This document shows, one piece after another, positions 37,509 to 51,085 of a DNA stretch of 64,000 bases. Made by a program: the position numbers and the translations under genes. Source of the DNA: Lama guanicoe. Lineage: Eukaryota. The DNA lies in assembly GCA_013239625.1 (NCBI GenBank), contig MU053487.1, positions 1 to 64,000 of the forward strand, written 5' to 3'. Each line of letters begins with the position of its first letter. Position 1 is the stretch's first letter. Under the pieces are notes generated by a model, which saw only the letters and a program-made list of their open reading frames with translations, searched no databases and was not told the DNA's origin.

Positions 37509-39869
37509 CTATAAACCGGAGTGGAAAAAGACAGAAAAGAAAAAAAGCTGTTAAACTCTCAGAAACATTATCTATACAATTCATTTCTCAAAAGGAGGGT
37601 CAAAGACTCAAACAACAGTGCCAGTGGTTTCTGGAAAGGCAGAGGAACAGAGAACTTTCTCCAAAACAGAATCTAAGTGTGTGTCTATGTATGTCTGCGT
37701 TTTAAGCTGCAGGAATCATTCACGTAATTACAGAATGAAAGACTTCAAAACAGAGAGCAGAACTGGTAGAATGAAGGTGACAGCTGAAGACTGGACTAGG
37801 GGGAGAAAAGGAAGACAGTACGTGGTGAAACAGCCTCCAGAGAGAGGTAGCCTCTAGTAGGGGAGAAGAAAAAGAGAAAGAAAACACGCTATTTGTGGAT
37901 TAAATCTCATTGGTATATTAAAGTTCTGTATCTGTGTTAAATTTGCTGTGGTTCTGTAAGAGCACATTCCTACCCCTTCTTACAAACCCCACACAGAAGT
38001 ATTTAGGGGTGAAGGGTCCTGACATCAGTGCCTCCAGAGGTTTAGGGCACACATGGATGTGGGGAGGGGCAAATGATGATACAGACAGTGAGCTGTCTAC
38101 AGGGGCGGGTCTGGGTGTGGAATATACAAGTGTCCTTTGCACTGCTTTTATTCTTGAAACTCTTCGGTAAGTTTGAAATTATTTTTAAATAAAAAGCTAC
38201 AAAATAAAATCTTATGAAGTAGGTACACACACACATATTTTATATTAACGCCAGAAGAGATGGGTGTGATTTCCAGGTCTTGGAAAAGTCTGTGTCCATC
38301 TGGCATCTCCAAGTAGGTTGCACTATCATCTCTCAGGATCCTTATAGCAGTCCGTCCGTCCGTCTGTCCGTCCGTCCTTCATTCCTTCCTTCCTCCCTTC
38401 CTTCCTCTTTCTCTCACTCTTTCTTTTGGTTTCTCTTTTTGAAAGTAATAAAAAAAGATAAAAAAGACTTTTCTAGGAAAAAGGAACAGTCTTCTGACTC
38501 ATCATTCTCTTAGTTCTGTTCTTCAGAGGAAACCATTTTAACATCTTTTAATTGCTCCTATTCTTGCTTCTTTTAGTCTCTAAATAATACATTTCTCTGC
38601 TATTTCTTGTTTGATCAATTAAAAACCCAACCTTAACTCAAGGGAATTTAGCTCAGTTGTACCCCTCCAGATTCCTCCCTTTCTTGCCAACATGGTGACA
38701 TTACCATTTTCAGTTTTTCTCCTGGTCACCTCTGTAGCTTTAAATAATATCCTATACCTTTATTTCTTAGTTCTACCCAACAAAGATATTATCCCTGGTG
38801 CCCACACTTTTAAAGATAAGGCTATTTACATCCTTCCCCAAGCCCTCCTCTACACTCCCACTTCCAAACCATCAGCTATACGTTGTACATGGTCAAGGTT
38901 AAAGGTCTGTCCTGTAGCCTCTCTTCATCTGTATACCGGCTCTAAATTCAAAACCAATCAGTGCTGCTCACACTATTACAATGACATAAATATAGCTCTC
39001 TGCACAGCTAAGTCATGGATATGTACTAGGATGGCATGCTCTGTCTCTCTCCTGACATTTTTTTTCCCTCTCCCCTGGGGTTTCTAATTGCCTTTCTTTT
39101 TTCCTGTCAGCTGTTAGGTTAATATCTCTTGATAATATCTCTTGAGGTTGTCCCAAATCTCCAAAGATGGTGTCTCCAAGCACCCCTTCTCCCTGCTAGA
39201 AAACTTCCTCCTGGAACCCTCAGTCTTCCTGCTTCAAGGAACCCACATGGAGCAAGAAGACAACTTTATTCAACGTACATTCAGGTAACTCTGATGAGGC
39301 GCCAAGGTGCCGGTTTTTTACCACTCACAAAGACCCTCGTGGCTCGTTATTATATTCCCTTTCTAGAGATGAGATTAAGAAACTTGCTTGGGACTATAAA
39401 GAGGGACTTTGACTCCAAGATGGAATCTACGGGTCCACCTTGCCTCCTTTTTTGCTGTAACAATAATGGAACAGAAAGTGTCTTCATCTGTAATTCCAAA
39501 ACCAAAAAACCCCACAAAACCTTCTCTCTTCTGCTTTACCTCCCACACCCTTCTCTCATGCACACATAAAGATAAGAGAGAACTTTGTAATTTGCTACTG
39601 CCACTTACCAAAAGCACTTTTGGTATGAGCAAATGCTGACAATAATTTTATTTACTGCTTATTACATTCAAACGGATATGATGGAATTTATATAATCATC
39701 CTCTCAATATTAGGAGTTAAATTATATCTAGTTTTTGATATTATGAATGATGTTGCAATGAACAACTTCATGTCTACTTGGCATTATCCTTCTTCAGAAT
39801 TTTTTAAAGAAATAAGGCCCCAAGTGAGAGGTTACTAAGTCAAATGATAGGAGCATTTTATATGATTCT

Positions 39870-39970
39870 TCCTTTTCTTTTCTTTTTTTTTTTAAATGGA
39901 GGTACTGGGGATTGAACCCAGGACCTCGTGCATGCTAAACAGGTACTCTACAACTGAGCTGTCCCCTCTC
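39870..39970 (-). mobile_element. tRNA-Ala-derived SINE
   Basis: Reverse head after a poly(T) run. Confidence 0.88.
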
Positions 39971-40300
39971 CTCTGATCTGTGCTTTAATCATACTTTTCA
40001 GACCAGTCATAAATACTGCTTCTTACCATACTCATTTAACTGGACAAATTCAACCTAGGAAGCTACTCTTTTCCCTGTGGAATCCAATAGATTCAACGGT
40101 GACTGACTTTTGTTTCCCCAAGATCTCTAACGTTTTTATCCGTTTGACAAACAACTCTTAATAAGCAAGCACTTTGTGTCAGGTCCTATGCTTGGTACTA
40201 AGGATAACAGCAGCCCCTAGTCCAGAGTGAGAAATGTGTGTAAACAAGTTACATTAACACACTAGGAGCAATAGTGTATTCAAGATCTCCACACTATAGT

Positions 40301-40451
40301 GGGGGAGGTTATAGCTTAAGAGGTAGAGCACATGCTTAGCATGCATGAGGTTCTGGGTTCAATCCCCAGTGCCTCCTCTAAAAAAATTAATAAATAAATA
40401 AATAAACTTAATTACCACCCCCAAAACAAAACAAAAACAAACAAACAAAAA
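40301..40451 (+). mobile_element. tRNA-Ala-derived SINE
   Basis: TSD atctc(c/t)acactata. Confidence 0.9.
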
Positions 40452-41807
40452 CATCTCTACACTATAAAGTGGTGGCATAGAACACAGTGTGACTGCAGAG
40501 ATGTGAATCAAAGATGACTCCCCAGAGAAGGTTAACTGAGCTGTGTCCTCATTTTCTGGATGGATAAAGGCAGAGGGACTAGCCTGTGCAGAGGCCAGGA
40601 GGTAGAAGCAGCATCTCCTGTAAAATCCACAGAACTTTATATACTTTCATTTTAAGGCTAGAGAGTCACATAAAACAAAGGGAGAATTGCAAGATGAGGC
40701 TTGAGGAAAATAGGGGCCACGTTACAGAAGGCATCCTGACCAGATCAGCGTTTTAGAGAAGTCATTCTGGAAGGCAGACTAGAAAAGCCAAATGTAGGAA
40801 ATGAACTGACTAATGCCACCAGCCTGTGGGTGATGCTTTAAAAGACTAACATTCGTTAAGTAATACTTACGTTGTCATCTTTAATTATGCCAACTCCATG
40901 GATCATCAAGAGACAGCTGTGTCTACCCCCTGAGCTAATGTCATTCCAGCCATAAACCAAAGAGAAGACTCAATGGGTCAGTGTAGACTGGTCCTGGGTC
41001 AAGTTTCAAACTTCATTAAGATTCTAAAGTCCTGAAAATCACAGTGGCCTCTCTTGTCCTCAGTCCTCACCCAGCCCTAATGACCCCTCAGGGAATCTCA
41101 AGACCCACTCCAATCACCCAGGTCCTCAACTACAACTTGATTAATTTCTGCAGAATGACCCATTTTCAAAAAGCCAGCTGGACTCTCATCTTTGATGGAA
41201 CCCCTATGAAGAACTGGAACAAAACTCTTAAAAAAAAATGGGTCTTAGATTCATTCAAAAGCATGCAAAAGTAAACTCACCACTGCCCCTCTCAGGAATC
41301 AGTAGTGAGGAGGAGGGCACCACTCTACAGTCTACGGTTCATCCTCGAGGTCAAAGTGTTAACCATGTCTGGTTGAATTTTGCCCACACCAAAGAGAATA
41401 CCTTAAAATGCAAATGTCATGAGCTTTGTCATGCCTGGAAGAGTCCTGTGCAAAAGGCCACGTGGAACCTTGTGCAGCCTGATGGGAAATCCACGTCAGT
41501 GAAAGAGACTGTCCATCACCACCTGACTTACTCTTGAGATGGATTTAAAGAAGAGACCTACTCAACTTTTTAAGTTTTTGGTAAAGGAAAAGAGGCAGGA
41601 GAGCTATACATGGGGATATTTATGATCTTATTTCTTTTCCTTGATGCAAATAAATATTCTAAATACCATCTAACAAACCAGCTAGCTGAACATCTACAAA
41701 GTCTCATTAAGAAGGAGCCCATTTTTAAAGTAGTTCATTTCTCTCTTCCAAACCTGAAATACCAAGAACAGAATAGTTAAGCTTCAACCTGTCATTAACT
41801 ATTGAAT

Positions 41808-42320
41808 TATAATAGGAAAGAACACATCTGACTCCATATTAGATCTGATACTTTGGCTCTAACCCTGTGCTCTGTTGCCAGTGCCTAATCATGCTGGTTC
41901 TGCACCTTTTGTAAAAGAATGTTGCCTAGAGCCTGAAATATATAGGACAGTCCATCCTCATGACTTTGATGTTTAAAGGGATAACATTTTTCCACTCATA
42001 TAGAGATAGATAAGAAGTTGCAGAACAGAGAATAACATTTGTCTTGTTGGAGGTTTACAGGAACATCATGACCCTACAAGGACAGCTGCAAGAACAAAGG
42101 ATTCTGACACCAAGAAGTTTGCACCAACCAACCACACCCCTTCCCCTTCTTAGTATGAAACAAGCCTGAAATCTGACTTAGGGAAGATGGTCTCTAGGAC
42201 ATTAGCCCCCACCTTCTCGGTCTGCTGACTTTCCAAATAAAGTCATTACTCCTTGCCCAATACCTCGTTTCCGGATTTATTAGCTATCATGCAGCGAGCA
42301 GAACTTCGGACTTGGTAACT
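41808..42320 (+). mobile_element. ERV1-type solo LTR
   Basis: 4-bp TSD gaat; slightly mutated ends tataatagg...ggtaact; AATAAA near 42236. Confidence 0.7.
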
Positions 42321-44285
42321 GAATTACATTAATTTCTGAAGACTCTGTCTCTGTCACAGGTTCATCTTACTGTGCCCACTGGTTAAACACATGGGATTCC
42401 CCTTCTCTTGGCCCACTGCCTTCTCACTCAGCTCTCCACGTCGATCTCTCTTGGGCTTCAGCCTCCACTTCCACAGCGACTGCAGACTCTGTGCCTGTCC
42501 TAACGACTTCTCCCTGGAGCTTGTCACTCTTAAGTGAGGGGCTCGCCGGGCAGACGCCTCCACCTGGATGTCCCCAGAGGCATCCTGTGCTGAACAAGCC
42601 CAGAGCTGAGCTTGCTTCCCCACCCCACTTCCCACCTGTGCTGTCTCAGCAATCTTCTATCTTAGTGCTGACCCCAGTACCCATCCAGTTATCCAACAAG
42701 GTTGTGACCTGGACAAATCCGTGATCCTCATTATTCCTCATACCTGCATTCAGCCAGCTGCCAAATCCTTCCAATTTTACCTCCTGAATATTTTTCAAAT
42801 CTACTGCTTCCTCTCCACTTCCTGCTACCCCTGCCATCACCTCATTTCTAGGTTGCTGAAGCAGCCTCCAAACTCGTCTTCTACTTCCAGAAGTGCCTAA
42901 AGGAGGGGTCCTAGCAGTGTGTTCACACTGTCATAGGTTTTTGTAAAATTCGCAAAAGTAATGTAATGTAACCCCGAAAGACTACGACCCTAGTCTCTTT
43001 CTATGACCCTAGTCAGCTTTCCCGTGTCACACATCCTCTTATGCCAAGAGGCTTTAGGGTGGCTACGAGGCATCTTTGGGATGCCAAAGGAGAGATGAGG
43101 TGAGGGTTTATTTAATGTGGATATAGAATATATTTACAAGAGTCACTGTCACTTCCATGAGTCGGTAAATTATTGCTAACTGATTATTCCTAACACCCAG
43201 TAATGTCGGCTTACTTTTTTTTTTTCCCCCCAACTCACTTTTAATATGATTGTGCTCTGAGGCACCCAGCCCCAGGAATACGTGGGTTGTGGAGGGGAGA
43301 CAAGGTTTGAAATGTTATGGGACCAGAACTGTCTGTAGAAATTTCTTCCAAATATTACCACTCATCCATGAAAGAACTAGAGAGAGGTTCCCCCAATGTT
43401 GATAATAATCCTAAATTGTCATGTAACACTGTCAGTAACAAAATGTGGAGCTTTTCTGGTTTTCTACACTATCAATACTAAAACACACATTTCAGTCAGC
43501 CACACTAAAGAGAAAGATTTCCATTCTCTCTCGAGAAAGAGATCAGAAATGGTGTCATCTGAAGAGACAATAAAACAGCACACAGCTGAAAGAACGCAAG
43601 GAAAGAAGGACTGCAGAGGTGTTTCAAATAGCTAATAAATCCAAACTATGTTTTTAAGTTTTCTGATGTTTGCTGTTGTTTTAATCTTTAAAATATTTGT
43701 AATTTGTAATGATTTTTTTCACTCATTTAAATACACATTCACTTTTGTTGCCTCACCCAATATCCTTTCTGAAGTGCTTCTCTGACTAAGTCACTTTCTT
43801 CAAGCTCATTAACACAGTATATTAAACAGCCTTACTGTTCCTGGTGAAGGAGGAGACAGCATCATCTGTACGTTAAGGAGAAAGTGTAAAGGTGATGGTT
43901 TACACTGGGCAGGGAGACAAGACCGGGGTATAAAAGGAGAACCAGACACAGTAACAGGTCCAGTCGAGGCGGGAAGAACAAACCCCTGTTCCGGCCAGTC
44001 TACACTGAAGTTCACAGTTCTCTTGCCTTTTTCCAGTGCCAGAGTGTGACGGCAGAACGGTCCAAGCCTGTGGTCTGTGGAGCAGGGAACCTCAAACAGC
44101 AGCACAGAAGGGAGTGGGGGATGACGGTGAAAGACTCTAAAAGCTATCGATCATAAGAGCCAGGAGAGGTCAAGAAAATATGAGGGGTTGCAGGGGTGGG
44201 GGAGAGGCCGAGAGAAGTAGCTAAATATACAGGAGAACAAAAATGTGAGGTTGTTCTGAGGCCAAATATAAGATGGTATTTTGCA

Positions 44286-44402
44286 GGGGAGGGTACAGCT
44301 CAGTGGTGGAGTGCATACGTAGCATGCATGAGGTCCTGGGTTCAATCCCCAGTATCCCCATTAAATAACTAATTAAAAAACCTAATTACCCCCCCCAAAA
44401 AA
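44286..44402 (+). mobile_element. tRNA-Ala-derived SINE
   Basis: TSD aagatg(g/a)tatttt. Confidence 0.9.
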
Positions 44403-44687
44403 GATGATATTTTACCTGTAAATACCTTATTAAAAATCTGATTTAGAGTTTTTTGTATGTTAGGCATAGAAAAGTTCATTATTTCACAAAGAAAACTATT
44501 CTAAAAGTAAATCTGCCAGCAATGCCACTGCTAGGTATATACACAAAGAAACTGAAAGCAGGGATCTGAACAGATATTTGTGCCCCAATGTTCAACACAG
44601 CATTATTCAAAATAGCCCAAAGATGGAAACAACCCAGGTGTCCATCAGGAGATTGAACGAGATGAATAGATAACAAATTGTGGCATA

Positions 44688-45100
44688 CAGTCGTCCCTCT
44701 GTATCGATAGGATATTGGTTTCTGGACCCCTGTGGATATCCAATTCCAGGATGCTCAAGGGACTTCAGTATGTTTGCATATAACCTATGCACATTCTCCC
44801 ATATACTCTATATTAATTTTTTTTAAACTGGGGATTGAACCCAGGACCTCATGCATACTACGTATGCACTCCACCACTGAGCTATACCCTAAATACTTAA
44901 AAACATCTCTAGATTACTTATAACACCTAATACAGAGTAAATGTCAATAGTTGTAAATACAATGTAAATGCTAATGCAAAAAGTGGCTTGTATGCAACAA
45001 ACTGAAGTTTTGCTTTTTGGAACTTCCTGGAATTTTTGTTTTCAATCTGTAGTTGGTTGAATCTGCAGGTGTGGAAACTGTAGAAGCAGAGGGCTGACTG
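44688..45100. mobile_element. MER2 (Tigger/Tc-Mar) non-autonomous DNA transposon
   Basis: Terminal inverted repeats cagtcgtccctctg / cagagggctgactg with TA target duplication. Confidence 0.8.
44815..44890 (-). mobile_element. tRNA-Ala-derived SINE inside MER2
   Basis: Reverse head ccactgagctataccc. Confidence 0.85.
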
Positions 45101-45529
45101 TATACACACAATGAACTATTATTCAGCCTCAAAAAGGGAGGAAATTCTGACACATGCTATACCACAGATGAACCTTGAAAACATCATGCTAAGTGAAATA
45201 AGTCAGACACAAAAGGAAAATATTGTATGGTTCCAATTTGTGAAACATCTAGAAGAGGTAAAATCACAGAGATCAAAAGCAGACCAGAGCTCACCAGCAG
45301 CTGAGAGGAGGAGGGATGGGGAGCTATTGCATAATTTGCATAGTTGCAGAGTTTCTGTCTGGGTGGATGCAAAGATTTTGTATGCAGATAATGGTGATGG
45401 TTACACAACATTATGAATGTAATTAATGCTACTGAATTGTACACTTAAAAATGGTTTAAATGGCAAGTTTTATGTTATATATATTTTACCACAATTTAAA
45501 AAATTAATCATGTAAGATGCCCAAACCTA

Positions 45530-45679
45530 CTTTATTTTTTGTTTGTTTGTTTTTTATGAGGGGGAAGTAATTGGGTTTATTTATTTATTTGTATTTGGAG
45601 GAGGTACTGGGGCTTGAACCCAGGACCTTGATGCATGCTAAGCATGTGCTCTACCACTTGAGCTATATACCCTCTCCCC
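45530..45679 (-). mobile_element. tRNA-Ala-derived SINE
   Basis: Reverse head and tail. Confidence 0.88.
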
Positions 45680-47949
45680 TGAATTGTGTACTTTAAATGA
45701 ATGAACTCTGTGGTTTGTGAATTATACCTAAATAAATCTGTTTAAAATTAAATAAATAAACCTGAGGTGGTTTGTGAGATAAAGCAACAGACTGTAAAAG
45801 AAGTAAGTCCACAGGCACCCTCATCAAATCAAAGAAATCAGTCAGTAATCTGAAAAGGTAAGAACAATGGGATATTCATGTACAATTTAAAGAGACAAAA
45901 ATAATGAAGTATAATGTATGTGGATGCATGCGTTTGCAGTAAGAGCACAAAAAGGTGCATGAAGGATAAATACCATTCCAGGAGGGTGAAACCTCTGAAG
46001 GGGAGGGGGAAGAAAGAAGACATGAACTCTAGCTTTATCTGTGATGTATTATTTTCTTAAAAATCAGAAGTACAGATTTCATTGTAAATGTGTTAAATCT
46101 AGGTACCAGGTACATGGGTAACTGCAACATTATTTTATATATTTAAATTTTTAAAGTATTTTATACTTTAAAGACAAGTATATATCATACTATTTCTCAT
46201 AAAAAATAAAAGACCTTTTATAATGATAGTAAAAACATAGACTATTGGGGAATAAACATATTAAGAAGTGAACAGGGACTAATTTTAAGAAAACTTTAAA
46301 ACGAGAGGGACATCAGAGAAGACTGGAATAGACGGAAAAGTATTTTCTTGGCTAAGACTCAATGTTGTAAATATCCCCCCTAATTTGATGTATAGACTTA
46401 TTACAAAATTTATGAAAACATCAACAGACAGCTTTAGTTTTTGTTTTGTTTTGAAGTTGATAAAATAATACCAACGTTTATGTAGAAAAGTAAACTTGTA
46501 GGAATAGCCAGGGAAATTCTGAAAGACATTTTCAGACAACAATATCGAGATAGTTCACTCACTAAGTGAAATTCTATGGGATAATACTTGAGGCAGGAGG
46601 AAAGTGATCTCAGAGAGAGAGAGAGAGACTGAGGTACAGAAACACGGTGTGCTTCTGGGACACAGGTAATAGACTTTTGTCCCAGACTCTGTATTCATGT
46701 ATCTGTCTAGTCTATGTCCCCAATAGGATGTATATTAGACAAGTCAAACTAGCACATCCAACTCCAGGTCGTCCCCCACAAACACGGCAACCCCATCCTT
46801 CAAGTTGCTCGGGTCAGACATCCCAGAGACACCTTGACTTTGCTCTTTCTTTCACACCACACATCAGAAAATCCTATTAGTTCTACTTTCATAAACTGGT
46901 CTGGATACAACCAGTCCCCACTGTTTTCACAAGCACAATCGCCTCTCACCTCTATGGTTACAGAAGCCTTTTAATTCGTTTTCCTGTCCTATCCTTGCCC
47001 TGCCTCCCAGAGGCCAGTCTCAACAGAGCAGCCTGAGGACCTCCAACTGCTCTGCTCAACTCTACAGGGGATGCCCACTTCACTTGGGGTAGAAGCCAGT
47101 TTTATAATGGCGCCGTGGGGTCAGTTCCCCATTCTCCCTGTGACTTCCTCTCCTCCCACTCTCCTCTTCACTCACTGGGCTTCAGCTGTACGGGCCTCCT
47201 TGCAAGTCCTTAAAAACTCCCTGCACTTTCCCACCTTTTCACTGGCTGTGTTCCGCGTCTAAGGCTCTCGCCCTGGGTATCCTACAAGCCTCAAGTCTTT
47301 GTTCCAAAGATTCAAGCCTGCTAAATATTTGTGGAATTATATAAACAATGTGGGTAAAGTCAAACAGTGTCTGAAATAATTATGAAACATAATAATGCCT
47401 TAGAGGGTTTTTTTTTTTTTAAGTGAACTAGAATACCGGAAATCTAAACCCAAGAGAACTAAACTACATGACATTCACAGCAATCAGTCAGGAGGAATGT
47501 AATTAGAGTGAACGTGAGATAAAGGTTCCTGGTTGTATGAAGGAAGCACAGAGGAGATTAATCTTAAATTATGATAAGTTAAAACTGAATGTTAAATTTT
47601 TTGAGAGGCAGACGTAAAGGAGTGCACACAGTATGAACCCATTTATGTAAAGTCAAAAACAAGCACAGGTAACAGGGTGACAGCGGTCAGAAGGAGGTTA
47701 ATGACTAAAAGAAGCACGAGGGGGCTTTGGGGTGCTCTGCGTTGGTTCCAGGGGTTCACGTTGTATAAAATCACTGAGCTCTACACTTATGAGTTATGTT
47801 TTTGGGGGTGGTACATATTTTACAGTCCAATAGGTAATCACTAGAAGAATAAAAATACAGTAAATAATGTCCCAATAAGGGTGAGGTGGGGGGAGATGAA
47901 ATAAGGAATAAAAATAAACAACTTAAAGGAAAGTAATAAAGGGAGGACA

Positions 47950-49095
47950 AAACAGAGAAGGTTGACAAATCGATTCTTATAAAATAAAATGACTTAAATG
48001 AATCAATGTGTAGCAAGAATTATAATGAATGAGAATGAATAAATGACCAATTTTTTAAAATGTTCAAACTAGATTTTTAAAAATTCAGCTGTATCCTGTA
48101 TACAAGGAACACATGTTAAAAAAAAAGATATAAAAGGTTGACATTAAAGCATTGTGAATGATATACCAAGTAAATACTAACCAGAAGAATGCAGGTTAAG
48201 TATATTAGCAGAAGACAAAACAGACTTGAAGGCAAAAAGTATTTTTAGAGGTAAAGGGTTAGCATATAACGATACTAAAGGATTTAGTTCTTTTTTTCTT
48301 TCTGAGGTTTTTTTTTGGGGGGGGTTAATTCTAATTTGCACACTAATAATATGGCCTCAAAAACTGACAGAACTACAAACAGAAATACATAAACACAACC
48401 TTTCAATAACTAATAGAATAAACTGACAAAAAATTAGGAAGGGTATCAAAGATGTCGACAGCCCCATTAATGAGCATAAGCTAATAAGCACGAATTTCAA
48501 GGGACTGGTATCACACAGACTACCTTCCCTAGCCTGAATGCAAATATATCAGAAACCAACAAATTAGAAAAACGCTTATGTTTAAAAATGGAAAAACTCA
48601 CTTCTGAGTCAAAGAGAAATCAAAATAGGCATGTTTAGAAGCAAATGATAATGAATATATTACACACTAAAACTAATGACATGGCACACTTGCAGTACTT
48701 AAAGGAAATGTATAACCTTGAATATCTATGTTCCAAAGGAGAAAGGCTGGATTAAAATAAAGGAAGGAAATGATAAAGATAGGAAAAGAGAGCTCTGAGA
48801 CAGAGAACATACATACAAGAGAGAACTTGGGAGCCATCACTCTAAACTCTGCAGAGATTAAACTCATATAAAAAATAACATGAGCTGGTGAGAGGGTGTA
48901 GCTCAGTGGTAGAGCATGTGCTTTGAGTGCACGAGGTCCTGGGTTCAATCCCCAGTACCTCCATTAAAATAAATAATACTTAACAAATACGTAAATATAA
49001 AAATAAAATCTACTCACCTCCCCCCTAAAAAAAACAAACAACATGAGCAACATTTTAACCACACGTCTGAAAATTTAGATGAAATGGACAAACTC
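47950..49095 (+). mobile_element. Decayed old L1 ORF2 (endonuclease-region) remnant
   Basis: A-rich; ataccaagtaaatactaaccagaagaa and gaaaatttagatgaaatggacaaa motifs. Confidence 0.6.
48887..49036 (+). mobile_element. tRNA-Ala-derived SINE
   Basis: TSD aacatgagc. Confidence 0.9.
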
Positions 49096-49810
49096 TAAGC
49101 GTGGTTAAGTATACATCATATTTTTCAAGATGGTTTAAAACATTTCATAATATAAATGTTAACCCTCAGGCTTAAATTGAGTCTACAGCATAATTTAAAA
49201 GTCCATACCATTTATAGGCAGAAAACCTTTGTTTTTTAACTTCAAAACTCAGGTGACTGAGCAGAAAAACTGTGGTTTTCTTTTTAAAGCCACACAGAGA
49301 CAGGAAACCCCACCTGGGTGCGTGAGATGCCTCAAAAGGTGACAGCGTTAGCAGGACTGAGCAGCTCAGGTGTCAGACCAGGGGGAATCAGCAAGTACAT
49401 GCTCCAAACAGAAAAATGAAGCATTGCTGCTGGTTCCCTCCTGTACCGGGTTCCCAATGCCCACACAGTTTCCTCCCTGCACACTTCACCTTTTTATACG
49501 GACCTCCATTTTCTTACCTTTCATGTAAATAATAGTAACGGCTAACACTTCCTGGACAGAAGACGTGTCTGGACTTACCAGTGTTCTTTTAACCCTTACA
49601 ACACCAGCAGGTGCTGTTGTTCCAGTTTTATAAGTGAACAGACTAGTGGAGTAACTGGGTGGAACCAAGGCTCAAGGCCAAGTCTAGCGGGTGCCTCCCT
49701 TCATTCGTCCTTTGAAACATGAAGGCTCCAGGAAGTCGTCAACAGAGCACACTGAGTCCCGGGCAGGATCCGTCCCAGACCAGCCCCGGCAGCCCCTGCA
49801 AAGCACCCAC

Positions 49811-49923
49811 CTTCTTAATAACATCTCGCAGGGCAAAATACTTCTCCGTGAGGTCCCCGGCCTCGCTCAGGGGGGCGTCATAGTCGTAGCTGGTGGGCTG
49901 CGCTTGGTAGGGTGTGTTGGCCC
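49811..49923 (-). CDS. GLB1: GLB1 exon 10 (113 bp): [38 protein letters not shown]
   Basis: cctag acceptor, gtgggt donor; TSYDYDAPL motif. Confidence 0.97.
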
Positions 49924-50974
49924 CTAGGAGACAAAAAACATGCCTCTAGTTACTACAAAAGGCCCTCCTCAGGGCAGGGGGGCATGAAAGTTCTTTGGGA
50001 TTCACAGTTCAGCATTGTGGAAGGGAAAAATAAGAGACACCTTAGAGCCAATTGTTAAGGGACACAGAGGTGGCCCCTGCCAAGCACCTTGGAGTCTACA
50101 AACACCTTCCCCATCCACGGTCTCAGCGAAGCTCACAGCTGCGACCCCAGCAGACAGTCCCACCGCTGGACAGCAGGGCATCTGAAGCTCCCCACAAAAC
50201 CCACCCAACACCTCACAACCAGTGACAGCAGGGCTTAGGGCGTGACCCACATGTCTGACCGCTAACCCTGCGGTCTGCGATCTTGTTCATGACCTTGAAC
50301 TGTGTGGCTGAGAAAGGTCAGTGGTGGACACACTGGGCCAAGGATCAGCCAAAAACAACAGAGGGGTTAGCAGACCAAACAAAGGGAGAGATGACTGCAG
50401 ACACACAGAGCCCACCGAGATTCAAATAGAACCTTAAGGTCTTGGAAATTTCTGCAGAGTCAGGGGCGCACTCATTCCTCCGGCCACCTGGAATGTTGGC
50501 TGCTGACGGCTCTTAGACGGGCCCCTCTCTGGTCTTTGGCCTCATCCAAAAAATTTGGTCCCCAAAGGGCCATCCCAGCTTCAGATCTCCCTTTAGCATC
50601 AGCTGAGTCACTCTGAAAACTGCACCATCACCCAACTTCTCCCTCTGCCCAATCCTGACTGTCACGAATGTTGCTCCGGGGAGCGCACATCCCAGTAAAC
50701 TTCCTACTGGGGAATCTCAGAGTCTTTCCCAGGGAACGCGACCCACGACAGGGACTAATACATACTGTTAATTTTGTGTGGGTATAAGAATACTAGAGAA
50801 GCGAGTGGCTTTGCAATTACTGTCCAAGGGGCACAGTCTGGATCAGAGGCCCCCAGGCTTGTCACCAGTGATGTTCACAGGCAGGAGATGGTCTTCAATC
50901 TTGGGCAGGCACCCTGTGTCAACACTGAGACAACCGACCCAGGGGTGAGAGTCACATGGAGAGCTGGTTAAAGA

Positions 50975-51085
50975 CACTCCCGAGTCCCACCGGGGATTCT
51001 GATTCAGCAGGGCTGGGACAGGACCTGAGACTCTGCATCCCTAAGCCTCCCAGGTGAGGCTGATCCTGCCTTCTGGGGACCAGCA
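50975..51085. mobile_element. MER5A-like hAT relic
   Basis: gattctgattcagcagggctgggacaggacctgagactctgcat. Confidence 0.65.

Larger units (their letters stand above)
44510..45505 (+). mobile_element. L1MB-like 3' fragment split by MER2
   Basis: ORF2 C-terminal remnant (ORF 45111..45416, NLENIMLSEISQTQK) and 3' UTR. Confidence 0.8.
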
